In this document: one piece after another, positions 18,844 to 29,487 of the stretch
Numbering within the stretch: position 1 is the stretch's first letter
How the letters are laid out: each line of letters opens with the position of its first letter
IMG/VR virus record: IMGVR_UViG_3300008265_000001
Direction: 5' to 3' (one strand)
Source of the DNA: a virus
Length of the DNA: 64,000 nt
Made by a program: the position numbers and the translations under genes
The notes under the pieces: generated by a model
Seen by the model: the letters and a program-made list of their open reading frames with translations, nothing else
Databases searched by the model: none
What the model was told of the DNA's origin: nothing

Positions 18844-20016
18844 CTAAGCCGAATAATCTGACATCTCTCTAATGACAGAAGAGATTAAATTTTGATTGTC
18901 AAAATAAAAACATTCAGACTTACCATCGAAAGTCTTTTTAGGAGTATATTTGTATTTCTTGAAGATTCGCTGAAGATGGTTCTCTAATTTAAATATTAGG
19001 CTAGGGTCGTCACTAGATATAACGTGGATAAGTTCGTATGCATAAGGCATATCGTTTTTAAAACGTCTCTTTATGGTGTTGTAAGTCCTCCCTACCTTAT
19101 AGAAGTTTTCTTCTTCGCCCGATAATTTTACAAAATATACTTTGTAACTATCGAAATATTTAGAGGATTTTGCATTTTTCTTCCAAGCTATTAATCCCCA
19201 ACCATGAGGGTTTTCATAGTTAGCTATATTAGTTTTATCTCTACCACAAACACTACAACCAGTACCTTGCAAATGACCACTTGGCAAGATTTTAAAGTCT
19301 CCGTGTTTAGGGCAGGTGACAGTTATCTTATCGGCTGCGGTTGTATAGATTAACTTATCGTAACTATAAAAGCTTGAGTGTTTTTCATTTGCCCTTTCTA
19401 TAAACTCTTGTCGCGTATATCTTTTCGCTTCCCCAACTCTCTCACCCCCACATTGGGGGCAACCATCTCCATCCAAATGCCCCATAGCAGATTGTAGAAA
19501 ATCTCCATGTTTAAGGCAAGTAATCTTACTTTTAGAGCCATAAAGAGTATATTCAAACCTATCGTAGCTATAAGTATTTCCGTGTATTTCTCTAGCCTTG
19601 TTTATAAAGTACAGGTTTTTATTGGTAGCACTTCTAAACGACGGGGAAGCTCCTCTTAGTATTGAGGCTGGCAACATTTCATGTAATCCATACTTATCTT
19701 TTAATGTTATTGGGCTATAAAGTCCTTTGCAATTAGACAAGAATTTATAGGGGAAGTTAGGGAATTTATTATATAAGCGTTTTAAAAATTCTTCGTGACT
19801 AACCCTACGTTTAGCTGCTGTCGCTTCGCAACCGCATTTATTACAACCCTCTCCCTGCATATGACCACTAGGCATCTGCTCAAATAAACCGTGAATCGGA
19901 CAAATTATTTTTACGGGAAAGGTACTAGATATGTACTCAGACAAAGAGTAGTCATATTTGTTACTATGACTTTTATTAGACCTCTCAATAAATGATGTGG
20001 TTGTTACTTTTGGCAT
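18844..20016 (-). CDS. T5orf172/GIY-YIG-like endonuclease with three Zn-ribbon repeats
   Basis: Three repeats of C(P/L).HG.F...GH..G.GC..CG. The C-terminal FYKVGRTYNTIKRRF...YELIH is T5orf172-like. Confidence 0.6.
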   Translation of the reverse strand: MPKVTTTSFIERSNKSHSNKYDYSLSEYISSTFPVKIICPIHGLFEQMPSGHMQGEGCNKCGCEATAAKRRVSHEEFLKRLYNKFPNFPYKFLSNCKGLYSPITLKDKYGLHEMLPASILRGASPSFRSATNKNLYFINKAREIHGNTYSYDRFEYTLYGSKSKITCLKHGDFLQSAMGHLDGDGCPQCGGERVGEAKRYTRQEFIERANEKHSSFYSYDKLIYTTAADKITVTCPKHGDFKILPSGHLQGTGCSVCGRDKTNIANYENPHGWGLIAWKKNAKSSKYFDSYKVYFVKLSGEEENFYKVGRTYNTIKRRFKNDMPYAYELIHVISSDDPSLIFKLENHLQRIFKKYKYTPKKTFDGKSECFYFDNQNLISSVIREMSDYSA

Positions 20017-20204
20017 ATTGGCAGTATTAGTTTTAGTAGCCTAGTTATACTAACATACAAATACGTCAGCATGATTTTACCAAACCTCATGAGCTTAATG
20101 CCCCAGAAGCCTCAACCTGAACAAGAACCTCCTTACTAAGCGCTTGGCTCCGTATCGTAGGGATATGGCTTCTTTTACAAAAACCTCTGAAGTTGTTTTC
20201 ATAC

Positions 20205-22772
20205 TTAGTGACATCCTGCCCATGAACGGGAAATTTTGAACTCAAAACCAAGATTGACTCTTAATTTTAAAGTTGATACTGATTTTGCAAGAGACTCAGT
20301 AATAGTTCTGGATATTACGCTAGGCATTGCCACGTAATAGCCACGTTTGCCTTTAGAGATAGGACTGATTTGCTCGCCTTGCCAAGAAGATACAAACTCT
20401 TCTGCAAGTTCTTTTGTTTCAAAATTACGAATTTCAACCATATTTTTAGTAATAGCAAGTTGGACTTCATCGTGCATTTCTATCATTGGACAGATTTCAG
20501 GCTTATTAACAAATGGGTCTGTGCAATACCCCTGCTCTTCAAAACTCTGCATCATGAATACAGTAGCATACTTAACAGAGATAACACCACCACTTTGAAA
20601 TAAGGCATTCAACAATGAATGTTTGCTTCGAGTCATAATTTTTCGCTTGTCCAAACCGAGAATATGTTGCTTTCCAGACTTCTCCCAGTAAGCCTCTAAT
20701 TTTTCTTTCAATGCCTTCAATGCTGGCATACCATTCCAGAAATCGTTATAGAGTTGTTGCGCTTTTTTCAAGCTAATTGATAGCATCTTTGCAAGTTTAG
20801 CTGGTTGCGCTCCGTATAGGCAAGCATAGCTAAAACTTTTAGCATCATCTCTACTAATTCCTAACTTCTTAGCGTTCAAAGAATGCAAATCATTTGGTTT
20901 TGCAGCTACCATTGCTTGAGCTAGTTCTTCTCCTCCTTGAAACGGTATTACATAGTGTCCAGATATACAATTTTCGAGGGAGTTTATATCGAAACCACCT
21001 TCCCAAAACTCGCTACCAGAGCCAAACAAGCCTCTAATAACTTCACCGTAAACACTTGATACTCTAGGTATATTGCAAACACCAATATGTTTGTATCGCG
21101 TTGTATTGCAGCCTATAGTAATGCAAGGGGTTGGTATTCTGCCATCTACCTCACGGAACTGAGCTAAGTATCCAGACGGAGGGCTTTCTTCATCGAAATC
21201 AAAATCCTCGGAGATGCCCCCCGCTATCGAATTTTTACGATGCTTATATGTCAAGTACAAAGCAAAATCTCCAGCAAAAGAAACAGCAGAACCCAACTTA
21301 GTTAAATTGGGGCAAAGCTCTTTTTCAACCCCTAAGCGCACCATCGGGCTTGTTGGGACTAAAACTGGTTTGTTTGATTTTATTTTCTCAGCCAGCACAG
21401 AAAAAAGACTATTCTCATCAAGCTCAAGAACTTCCAATCTCTGCTCTTTGTATTTACCATCTTCCAGAGTTTCTTTAACGTATCTTTGGAGCGCTGCAAG
21501 ACGTTTTTCATAAGGGATAGACTGTTTTTTAGAATCACAGATGAGATTTCTTTGTCTGTATTCGAGAGGATGCCAACCACACTCAATAAGGTAACTCTTC
21601 ACCCAATCTATATTATCGATATCAGCTTCAATATGAGTCTCTAGCGGCTCGTTATAGGGAAGAGGGTACATTTGCCCTTTATAAAATAAAATCCACTCTC
21701 CATCGATTTCATCAAGCGTTCCGTTAACTTTTTTAGCGAACTTCACCATAGATTCGGTAGGTTCAGTAAATTCTGGCACTAACGCCTCGTAATATGGCAA
21801 TTCATAGCACGTTGCATTGAACCAAAACGAAAAACTTCCTTCTTCATAGGCAATTTCTTCTTGGTTTTTTAGAAACTTTACAACCGCAGCCGACAATGTA
21901 CCATCTTTTTTCACCTGCACTTTAGGAAGATAGATAGCTTTGTGGGTTTTTAGCTGATTTGCTGGGGGGGTAACTTCCGCTAATTCGCCTTTATTACGAG
22001 GTTTGGGGGGTAATAGAGGATTAATGCTATCTGCAATCACCTTCATCTTTTCTTGTAAGTCTTGGACTGCTTCACGCGCTGCCTTTTCATCAAATGCAAA
22101 ACCAAAATGCTCTCTTCTAAGTGCCAAATCGCAAAGCTTCGATTCCATCTTAAAGGCTTGATGCCATCCTGAATACTCTAAATACTCAGACCACAAACGT
22201 TGAAACAGCTTGCAAGTGACTACAGTATCCTGAATACAATAATCGAGTAAAAGTGGTGTCCAGTTTAGGAATTGTTCACTTTTACCAGAATTTTTTTCAA
22301 TGTAACCTGCCTCAATGCAAGCACTTCTGTAGTCTTGCTTGTGTTCGCCAAGCCTCGCCCCCCAAGCTTCGAGCGAATGCCCCATTCCTTCAGGAGTATA
22401 GCGGTCAGGACTTAGCAAACGAGACAAGAGCAGTGTATCAACAATTTGGCAAGGCTGACCAAATACTTCATCGCTTTGGTCGAGGTATCCAATTCTATAG
22501 TCAAGAACACCAAATAGCTTCAGTGCTGGAAAGTCAAATGAGATGCCATTGTGAGCAACCAAGTGTGTGCAACCCTTGAGAACACCAGCAAGCCAATCCC
22601 TAGTAACACTTTCTTTTTCTGCACTCCAAGTCTCGCCTGTGTTCACATCACGCACAACAACACAGTGCAACTTCGCACTAGGCAGTAGTTTGTAAGGGAA
22701 GCTAGAATAGTCGAGCATCCCTGAGAGGAGGTTGTCAGTTTCAATATCCAGAACTAAAATTCTATCTGTCAC
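20205..22772 (-). CDS. family A DNA polymerase with 3'-5' exonuclease domain
   Basis: ExoI LDIETDN, motif A FDINSLE, motif B RDDAKSFSYACLYGA, motif C MHDE. Confidence 0.9.
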   Translation of the reverse strand: MTDRILVLDIETDNLLSGMLDYSSFPYKLLPSAKLHCVVVRDVNTGETWSAEKESVTRDWLAGVLKGCTHLVAHNGISFDFPALKLFGVLDYRIGYLDQSDEVFGQPCQIVDTLLLSRLLSPDRYTPEGMGHSLEAWGARLGEHKQDYRSACIEAGYIEKNSGKSEQFLNWTPLLLDYCIQDTVVTCKLFQRLWSEYLEYSGWHQAFKMESKLCDLALRREHFGFAFDEKAAREAVQDLQEKMKVIADSINPLLPPKPRNKGELAEVTPPANQLKTHKAIYLPKVQVKKDGTLSAAVVKFLKNQEEIAYEEGSFSFWFNATCYELPYYEALVPEFTEPTESMVKFAKKVNGTLDEIDGEWILFYKGQMYPLPYNEPLETHIEADIDNIDWVKSYLIECGWHPLEYRQRNLICDSKKQSIPYEKRLAALQRYVKETLEDGKYKEQRLEVLELDENSLFSVLAEKIKSNKPVLVPTSPMVRLGVEKELCPNLTKLGSAVSFAGDFALYLTYKHRKNSIAGGISEDFDFDEESPPSGYLAQFREVDGRIPTPCITIGCNTTRYKHIGVCNIPRVSSVYGEVIRGLFGSGSEFWEGGFDINSLENCISGHYVIPFQGGEELAQAMVAAKPNDLHSLNAKKLGISRDDAKSFSYACLYGAQPAKLAKMLSISLKKAQQLYNDFWNGMPALKALKEKLEAYWEKSGKQHILGLDKRKIMTRSKHSLLNALFQSGGVISVKYATVFMMQSFEEQGYCTDPFVNKPEICPMIEMHDEVQLAITKNMVEIRNFETKELAEEFVSSWQGEQISPISKGKRGYYVAMPSVISRTITESLAKSVSTLKLRVNLGFEFKISRSWAGCH

Positions 22773-23447
22773 TTAACCTTCCTCCAAATAGTTTAAAACA
22801 AACTTCACAAAATCATCAAAAGGCTGCGTAGCGCTGAAATCATTATTATCAAGCCAGTAGTCAGGTATCTCCACCTTGTTATAAAAATCCCACTGTAACA
22901 ACTCACTCTCTGGTGGGCGATGTGTACCGTACCGCATACTCTTGTTAGGTTCTACCCAACCATGAAGAGTCTCTCTTGCCTTCTGAGCCTTAGCAGCAGC
23001 TTCGTTGTGAATGTACACAACTTTACCACCTTGTCGCTTCACCCAATCGAGTTCATTCTGGTAACGTAAATCTGAAATGAGCAAAATACTTGCAGAATTA
23101 CCATACTTCCTATCGAGGGCATTAATAAACACATCTTCGCCAAGATTTTCGCGAAGTAATTGCCCTACTCTTTTCTGCACATCTCTTGAAGACCACTTAG
23201 ACTCGATGCCAGAACGGTTAGCGCCAAATACAAATCGTTTCTCTTCTTTCAAGCTGCGGTCTTGCAATTCCTTACCACTAATGCCAAGAATCGGAGCTAT
23301 GGCTTCATTCAACGAGTCTGCAAAGCGAGTTCTTACAGTAGACATGGTGTAGCGATGCTGATAAATCAATCGGGACTGCAAGCGATTCATGATGAAGTCT
23401 TTACCTCCGTTGATTGAAGATATAGCAGCTATAATTTTTCTAGTCAT
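22773..23447 (-). CDS. dNMP kinase-like P-loop protein
   Basis: The N-terminal IIAAISSINGGKDF resembles the T4 gp1-type dNMP kinase P-loop. Confidence 0.45.
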   Translation of the reverse strand: MTRKIIAAISSINGGKDFIMNRLQSRLIYQHRYTMSTVRTRFADSLNEAIAPILGISGKELQDRSLKEEKRFVFGANRSGIESKWSSRDVQKRVGQLLRENLGEDVFINALDRKYGNSASILLISDLRYQNELDWVKRQGGKVVYIHNEAAAKAQKARETLHGWVEPNKSMRYGTHRPPESELLQWDFYNKVEIPDYWLDNNDFSATQPFDDFVKFVLNYLEEG

Positions 23448-24042
23448 TTTGTCTACTCTCTATTATCATTTTTACAAATTTCAAAGCTTCGTCATTAGTG
23501 TGATTATTCTTCATAAGGTTAGCACCTTTACAAACAAATTGAACATTCCCTTGGGCATATTCTTTACTGGAGTCAATCCTATCTAAACTAGCTCCCCATA
23601 AAGGTGTTCTAGGTCGTTTCTTTACCTCTAAAGTAGTTGCTCTAATCTCCATAGGTACACCCGTTAAAGCACATATACCTTTCTGACTGTCCCAGACATC
23701 CTTAAGGTATTGTAAAGTTAAATTTTCGTATTGTCTATGCCCTTTTTTGCGGGAACCATTTAGAAATAATCTAAAAGGGCTGAACTCATCTAAATTTTTC
23801 AATTTTCTTTGTATGTTTATATATCTTTTTTGTTCTGGTGATAGGGCTTTAGACCCTTTTAATCCCCTCAATCTAAGTTCTTCCTTATCGGTTAATTTTT
23901 GGGCAGTACAACTCACGCTACAGAATGTCATTTTAGACTTGTTTCTAGATAGTCTGTATTTCAATTCCGATTCAGTAAGTGAAATTAAAACCCCACAAAA
24001 ATCACAAGGGTAATTTACCCTCTTCTTAAAAGGTCTAGACAT
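23440..24042 (-). CDS. HNH endonuclease
   Basis: N-terminal CxxC...C..C and C-terminal DRIDSSKEYAQGNVQFVCKGANLMKNNH. Confidence 0.7.
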   Translation of the reverse strand: MSRPFKKRVNYPCDFCGVLISLTESELKYRLSRNKSKMTFCSVSCTAQKLTDKEELRLRGLKGSKALSPEQKRYINIQRKLKNLDEFSPFRLFLNGSRKKGHRQYENLTLQYLKDVWDSQKGICALTGVPMEIRATTLEVKKRPRTPLWGASLDRIDSSKEYAQGNVQFVCKGANLMKNNHTNDEALKFVKMIIESRQND

Positions 24043-24592
24043 TACTCATTACCTCTTTGTTTAATCTTCGTATATCTTCGACATTCGCCAAATTGTAAAT
24101 CGGAACCCCGAAATCCTGAGCAATTTTCATCGCTTGCGCTGTTCCGCCAACCAGTTTACCACCTTTTGTCCAACAAATTACAAAATCTACTGGGTCTTTA
24201 AGTGTAGTGCTGAGGACTTGGTAAGCATTTCTTGCTTGAAGTTTCCTTGCTCCTTGACTAAGTTTGTCAGGAGAAGGGTGATATTTGTTGACCAACTCTA
24301 AGGCTTCGTTCCAAGTAGAAGCAGTTGATGAATCAAAAAAACCTCTTGAGGGGTTATGTTCAAGGTCATTAAATCCGTTCCAAGGTAGGTACACTTTGTA
24401 AGGTATCTTAGAACTGCCAAAAGAAGCTTCAGCAGCCCCCATTGCAAACGCAGAGTCAGCACCGTTAGCACCTCCAGACCGAAGTATGTAACCCTTCTTA
24501 TAGAGTGTGCCAGCAATATACTGCATAGATTCAAGTACATCTTGGGGGGTTTCACGACTACCAATACCAGCGTAGAATTTTTTAGTAGCCAT
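24035..24592 (-). CDS. DprA/SLOG-like Rossmann-fold protein
   Basis: YAGIGSRETP...LRSGGANGADSAF...GGTAQAM. Start set at the ATG at 24592. Confidence 0.5.
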   Translation of the reverse strand: MATKKFYAGIGSRETPQDVLESMQYIAGTLYKKGYILRSGGANGADSAFAMGAAEASFGSSKIPYKVYLPWNGFNDLEHNPSRGFFDSSTASTWNEALELVNKYHPSPDKLSQGARKLQARNAYQVLSTTLKDPVDFVICWTKGGKLVGGTAQAMKIAQDFGVPIYNLANVEDIRRLNKEVMSNV

Positions 24593-24791
24593 TTTTCTTT
24601 GCCCTGTTACCGACAACAGAAATACCTATACTGGAGCCAAGAGCGATTCCAGATTGAGTAAAATAATTCCAAGCATTTTTTGGGTAGCCCATTGCTAAAA
24701 TAAGTGCAGATAAACTTACACCAAGAAGAAAGGCAGAAGCAGTTAGATAGTGGCGCAAAAACAATCTTTTCATCTTAAAACTCATCTTCAA
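24582..24791 (-). CDS. small membrane protein
   Basis: 69 aa with two hydrophobic segments. Confidence 0.5.
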   Translation of the reverse strand: MKMSFKMKRLFLRHYLTASAFLLGVSLSALILAMGYPKNAWNYFTQSGIALGSSIGISVVGNRAKKNGY

Positions 24792-26439
24792 TACTCTCCT
24801 CAGTAATAACCGAACTTTCTACAGCAACTACATTACCAGCAATACCATCGATTAACATCTCCTCTAGGACATACTCTGTCCCAGCTTCATCTACGACCGT
24901 GTAGGTAACATCGCGCAGACTTGCTTTCTCGCTTCTTGAAGTTACGGTGAAATCTTCGCCATTGTGGGATACAACATCACCAACTTGATATAAGAACGAA
25001 GTTGTCAGTTGCTTCAGTCGCTCACGCTCCTCGTCAGAAAAGAGAAGTTTGAGGGCAGCTTTGCGACGTTCGGTAGTCCAATCATGCGTTAAGTTGTAGA
25101 GAGCGCGTTTGTCCTTGCACAGCATTGCGTTATGTGCGTCAAGAACCGCAGGGGAGTATTGCTTGGCAGCTTTCTCAGGCTCAACCATCCAAAGTGACTC
25201 AGAGGGCATAACATAAGTCATTTGAGTGCCATCATGAACTGCAATAATTGTCTGGTTTTCAGTTAAATATCCCAAACTCTGCTTGACTTCAAATGTGCCT
25301 CCAAAAGATAGTAGGTCTTTCACGATATACGCTTTGCCATGATTCGCAGCAAAATGTCTAAGTAGTTTTCCAGTGAGTTCATGATTAGAATCAGCACTCT
25401 CAGATAGCACTTCAAGCCCGTCTAGCCCGTTTTCCAATTTAACCATGTTGTATTCGATTGTCATTGGCTTACCTTGCCTTGGAAGCGTTGTTAGGGTAAG
25501 TGGGGAGTTGGTATCTTTGTTGTAGTCTTCTTTTTTAGTCTTGAAAAGGGCAATAATGCCATCACTATTAGATGAAATTGAGGTTGAACCACTCAGAGCG
25601 TTGACCAAACTACCTTTTTGACCGTTTTTAGCTCCTTCTTTCGATAAATGGTGAATCACAACCCCGCAAGTATCTGTCTGCGTGAAAACTTGCTTCAATT
25701 TAGCTACAATTTTACCGAACTCACTAGAATTTTCTGAAAACTCGCTGTTAGCTGTTGAAGCTCGAAGACTGTCGATGATAACAAGTGTGGGCGAATACTC
25801 CATTATTCTCTTTTGCAAGTATGGAATCTCAATCGTCGCATCAAAAATTCTCTCGACTACTAAGGCATCAGGGTCAAAGTTGACTAGTAAGCTAGTTCCT
25901 TTATCATTCTTGTTACCAAACCCAGCCATGTAGACTCTGCTGGCAATAGTTTTTCTGTTTTCTTCCAATTGCCAATAAAGTACGCGACCTTTTTTAACTG
26001 GAAGACCTAAAAAGCGTCCAGAAATTGCGAACGAATAAGCTAGTTGGTATGCTAGGAGCGACTTTCCGCATTTTGGCTCAGCACCGAAGATGTACATACC
26101 GCCAGCTTGAAGGAGATTAGGAATAAGCCACTGGTCGGAGGGGTCGTAGCTCTCAAGTATTTTTTTGAGGTTCATGCTGCGTTCAAATACTGGAGTAGGA
26201 TTCATCAGTTCTTGAATGTCAGCACTGATGTTTTTAGGCTCGAAACCAAGAAGAGGATACCACTTAGAGGCTATCTTGTTGCGGAGTAACCTCAAAGCTT
26301 GTTTTTTGTTCTCAACCCCCTCTTCCTCCATGAACTTGACAAACCCTCGAAGGTCTTGAGCATACTCTGCCAATAATGCTTTGTGGTTATCAAGTGTGAA
26401 ATCAATTTTCTCTAACCCAAGGCTTTCTGTGTATTGCAT
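24775..26439 (-). CDS. replicative helicase (RepA/AAA_25-like ATPase)
   Basis: Walker A GAEPKCGKS and Walker B LVIIDSL. It lies downstream of, and overlaps, the primase gene. Confidence 0.75.
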   Translation of the reverse strand: MQYTESLGLEKIDFTLDNHKALLAEYAQDLRGFVKFMEEEGVENKKQALRLLRNKIASKWYPLLGFEPKNISADIQELMNPTPVFERSMNLKKILESYDPSDQWLIPNLLQAGGMYIFGAEPKCGKSLLAYQLAYSFAISGRFLGLPVKKGRVLYWQLEENRKTIASRVYMAGFGNKNDKGTSLLVNFDPDALVVERIFDATIEIPYLQKRIMEYSPTLVIIDSLRASTANSEFSENSSEFGKIVAKLKQVFTQTDTCGVVIHHLSKEGAKNGQKGSLVNALSGSTSISSNSDGIIALFKTKKEDYNKDTNSPLTLTTLPRQGKPMTIEYNMVKLENGLDGLEVLSESADSNHELTGKLLRHFAANHGKAYIVKDLLSFGGTFEVKQSLGYLTENQTIIAVHDGTQMTYVMPSESLWMVEPEKAAKQYSPAVLDAHNAMLCKDKRALYNLTHDWTTERRKAALKLLFSDEERERLKQLTTSFLYQVGDVVSHNGEDFTVTSRSEKASLRDVTYTVVDEAGTEYVLEEMLIDGIAGNVVAVESSVITEESIEDEF

Positions 26440-27389
26440 CCTTTTAATAATCCTAATAATTCTTCTCTAGTACAAATTTCCCAATTCTCAATTGCATCAG
26501 CCGCGTCGTAATTCTTTTCTGCACCTCGTCCGAGTAACTGCGCGATGTTGTAGCTTGATGCTGAGATGCCGCTTTTCCATGCTTCCTGTAAGAACTTCTG
26601 CGCTTTCTGTTTTCCAGTTTCATCATTGTCTTCCAAATAGATAATGTTTTTCACTTTGTAGGATAAGCATCTTAAGAACTTAGCTAGGTGTGACTGTTGG
26701 TAAACAAAAGAAGGAAAACTGACAGCATTTATACCAAGCTCTTGAAGATAAGAAGCGACCTTTTCCCCCTCGACAAAGACCACGAAAGCCGCCAAATAAC
26801 AAGACCTGTATACTGGGACATGATTGAACTTTGTAGGAACTTCATTTGACCATTCTCCATTGTCTTTTTTAATGCGAAAGTAAAAAAACTTTTTTTCATG
26901 TCTTGGGTCACACCTAATTAATTGAAAATCGTCGTAGGGATAGATAGTAAACTTTGTTTCATTCTCAAAGTAGGTAGACCAAGGTTTCTTGTAAGAGATA
27001 GAAGAGAAAAATTGGGTAACATCTATTTCACTAAGGTTAAGTGGCAGAGGCTTTATAATATCGCGAAGTTTTGGTATGCGTATCTGCCTTGGGGATGAGC
27101 TACGGCGAGGTCGAAACTCACCCTCTTGCAATTTGGCTGCAATCAGACTCGGTTGGTAGCCTGTGCCTTCTTTGCGGAGAAGATGACATTGACTGCTTGA
27201 ATAGCATGAGTATGCACCTTTCTTGGTTCCCTCCGCAACGATTTTAAGCTTATGTTCACCGCAAATAGGGCAATCTGCTGATATCCAACTCCTGTGGTTT
27301 GAGACATTCTCCAGCTTGTGCAAATAGGTTAGGATTTGAAAGTCATGCTGCTTTACTTCTATTCTGCCGTCAGAGTGTCTAATTCTCAT
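26412..27389 (-). CDS. DNA primase (Zn finger + Toprim)
   Basis: CPICGEH...C...C zinc motif, plus Toprim FVEGEKVA and LEDNDETG. Confidence 0.75.
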   Translation of the reverse strand: MRIRHSDGRIEVKQHDFQILTYLHKLENVSNHRSWISADCPICGEHKLKIVAEGTKKGAYSCYSSSQCHLLRKEGTGYQPSLIAAKLQEGEFRPRRSSSPRQIRIPKLRDIIKPLPLNLSEIDVTQFFSSISYKKPWSTYFENETKFTIYPYDDFQLIRCDPRHEKKFFYFRIKKDNGEWSNEVPTKFNHVPVYRSCYLAAFVVFVEGEKVASYLQELGINAVSFPSFVYQQSHLAKFLRCLSYKVKNIIYLEDNDETGKQKAQKFLQEAWKSGISASSYNIAQLLGRGAEKNYDAADAIENWEICTREELLGLLKGCNTQKALG

Positions 27390-28324
27390 TTTATTGACTC
27401 AATCTCTTTAGGAATATTGCTTGTATACCCACCATTAACATAATCTGGTCGCCAGTTCGCATCACTTATCATCTGCTTCCAATTTCTCTCTAGTGGCTTA
27501 ATACCATAGAAATCTCGTAGAATATCCTTGAAAATCCTCCAATAATAGTTTAAATCCGAATGTGATAGATAAGCCAGCTTACTTCGTTCTTCGTTAACGT
27601 ATACGAGAACTGCACCCGTTATTCCAGCACCGTATCTTTCTTTAAAGTCAGTGCCTAAAGTCAAAGCAGCAGCGTAGAATGATGCCTGTAAGCAATTTTT
27701 AAACATAAAATCCACATTGTCTGAGCGACCTAGACTCTTCAGCTTAACACCGCCTTTTTTAAGTTTTTCGTAGCTTCTTTTAGTTTTTAAATCGCATATA
27801 ACAAATTTTTCTGAGATTATTTCTCCTGTTTTTACGGTTTTGAAAGTATTATCTGGGATTTTTACGAGATTATCATATCTACCAGCTAACATGAAATTTT
27901 CTGGATTTTTTTGGATATTACCGTGAAAAAATAATGGTTGCTCGACTTGTGCGTATTCGGGGTCTACGTGACTATAGAAGTTATCAATGGCAGTACAGGC
28001 TAACTTTTGCTCTACAAGGCTTCCTAGAGGGTATACGCCATCTATCAAGTAACTTTCGATTAAAGCATGAGCAGCAGTACCCACTCGCGCTGACTCTTGA
28101 CTGATTAAATCTGGGTCTTGACCTAATTTTCGCATTTTGTTACCCCACACTTCAAGGATATCCTCCCCCTTATCATTCGTTAAATCTTCGTATTGGCTTA
28201 ACACAGTCGTTGTCGAGGCACAGGACAAACCACATTTACTCGTATACTGGCGTTTCCCTGATTCTTCAGTTATTTCACCAGCATACTCAATGAACGGACG
28301 ATATTCAAACAGTTTCTTAGCCAT
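27386..28324 (-). CDS. PD-(D/E)XK family exonuclease (RecB/YqaJ-like)
   Basis: GTAAHALIE ... RYDNL ... ICDLKT motif series. Start set at the ATG at 28324. Confidence 0.5.
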   Translation of the reverse strand: MAKKLFEYRPFIEYAGEITEESGKRQYTSKCGLSCASTTTVLSQYEDLTNDKGEDILEVWGNKMRKLGQDPDLISQESARVGTAAHALIESYLIDGVYPLGSLVEQKLACTAIDNFYSHVDPEYAQVEQPLFFHGNIQKNPENFMLAGRYDNLVKIPDNTFKTVKTGEIISEKFVICDLKTKRSYEKLKKGGVKLKSLGRSDNVDFMFKNCLQASFYAAALTLGTDFKERYGAGITGAVLVYVNEERSKLAYLSHSDLNYYWRIFKDILRDFYGIKPLERNWKQMISDANWRPDYVNGGYTSNIPKEIESIK

Positions 28325-28985
28325 TAGTACGAACCGAAGTGCTGCCAAATCCGCCTCTATTCTTGTTACCAATCACTTCACTCCAGAACACACAATTCTC
28401 TTCCGTGAAGTCCAACCTAATATGCAGTATGTCGTCAAGGCTAGGAGCCACAACCTGCAACAATCGGTCGCCAGCATCAATATATGGCTTACGTCTGTGT
28501 AGAGGAGCTTTACCGAGTTGGGGATGATAGTCGAGATAGCAACCTAAAGTGTCCCCAGAAATAAGAGAGGAGCCTTGTAGTTCAATTCCTCGATAGGTCT
28601 TGTCAATTGTACCTACTGCATTAGATAAACGAAATGGAGATTTTCCAATACTACTGCGAGGTCGGATATCGAAATGGGTTGGGCATACAGTTTCAGGTCT
28701 ATCTTTTAGGTAGTAATGAAGATAATCCAAATCTGATTCTGAATTTGTAATATTATTTTGAATGCTGTCTATGAATGCAGGGTAGAGACTGTCATACATC
28801 GCAAAAACAGTCTCAAAACTGATAACACCAATAGTCTCGACAACTTCAGCATCATAAGGCTTCACATCCGTGACAAATGGAAGGTCAATACCTGCATCAC
28901 CAACTTTGTTGTACGCAGGTGCAGAGCTACCGTAGAATCGCTGTGCTGCGTCAGAAAGAGGAAGGGAGATTAGTAGTTTAGTCAT
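28317..28985 (-). CDS. dUTPase/dCTP-deaminase-fold protein
   Basis: GDAGIDLPF, RPRSS and VGTIDKTYRGE motifs. Confidence 0.65.
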   Translation of the reverse strand: MTKLLISLPLSDAAQRFYGSSAPAYNKVGDAGIDLPFVTDVKPYDAEVVETIGVISFETVFAMYDSLYPAFIDSIQNNITNSESDLDYLHYYLKDRPETVCPTHFDIRPRSSIGKSPFRLSNAVGTIDKTYRGIELQGSSLISGDTLGCYLDYHPQLGKAPLHRRKPYIDAGDRLLQVVAPSLDDILHIRLDFTEENCVFWSEVIGNKNRGGFGSTSVRTNG

Positions 28986-29158
28986 AGTACCTAAAAATAA
29001 ATAAATTGAAAGGGCGAGAACTTAATCATCGCTCCTCTTTAAAATGTCGAACCAACCTTGTCGAGAGTCACTGGTTACAGCACTTGTCAAACAGCTTCTG
29101 GATGCCATCCTGTAGGACAGAATGAAGGTCGCTTTTTTCATGCCAGCCGACATTGAGA

Positions 29159-29425
29159 TTAAATGGTAGTAGGTAGTTGTTGTTGAAGTAAATAACCTTC
29201 CAGTTGCCACAACTTGTTCTCGACCTGTTCTCTGGCAACTTTACGACCAATTTCAATGTCGAAGTTTTGCGGGTCAACACAAGCACCACGACCGATAATA
29301 GAGAATCCATTGCGAGTAGGGAATCGATAAGAGACAACAACTTCCTTATTCCAAAAAACAGCTTCTTGGGTTTCGGCAGAGTTTAGTAAATCTTGAATGT
29401 CTTGGGGTGTAATTTTGTTTTTCAT
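29159..29425 (-). CDS. N4 gp49 / Sf6 gp66-family protein
   Basis: 88 aa. GACVDPQNFDIEIGRKVAREQVENKLWQLEGYLL matches my recollection of that family. Confidence 0.5.
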   Translation of the reverse strand: MKNKITPQDIQDLLNSAETQEAVFWNKEVVVSYRFPTRNGFSIIGRGACVDPQNFDIEIGRKVAREQVENKLWQLEGYLLQQQLPTTI

Positions 29426-29487
29426 TTTAGTTGGTGAGTGAAGGGCAAAGGACTAGCCAATGCCCATGTTACAATTACGAATTAAAC

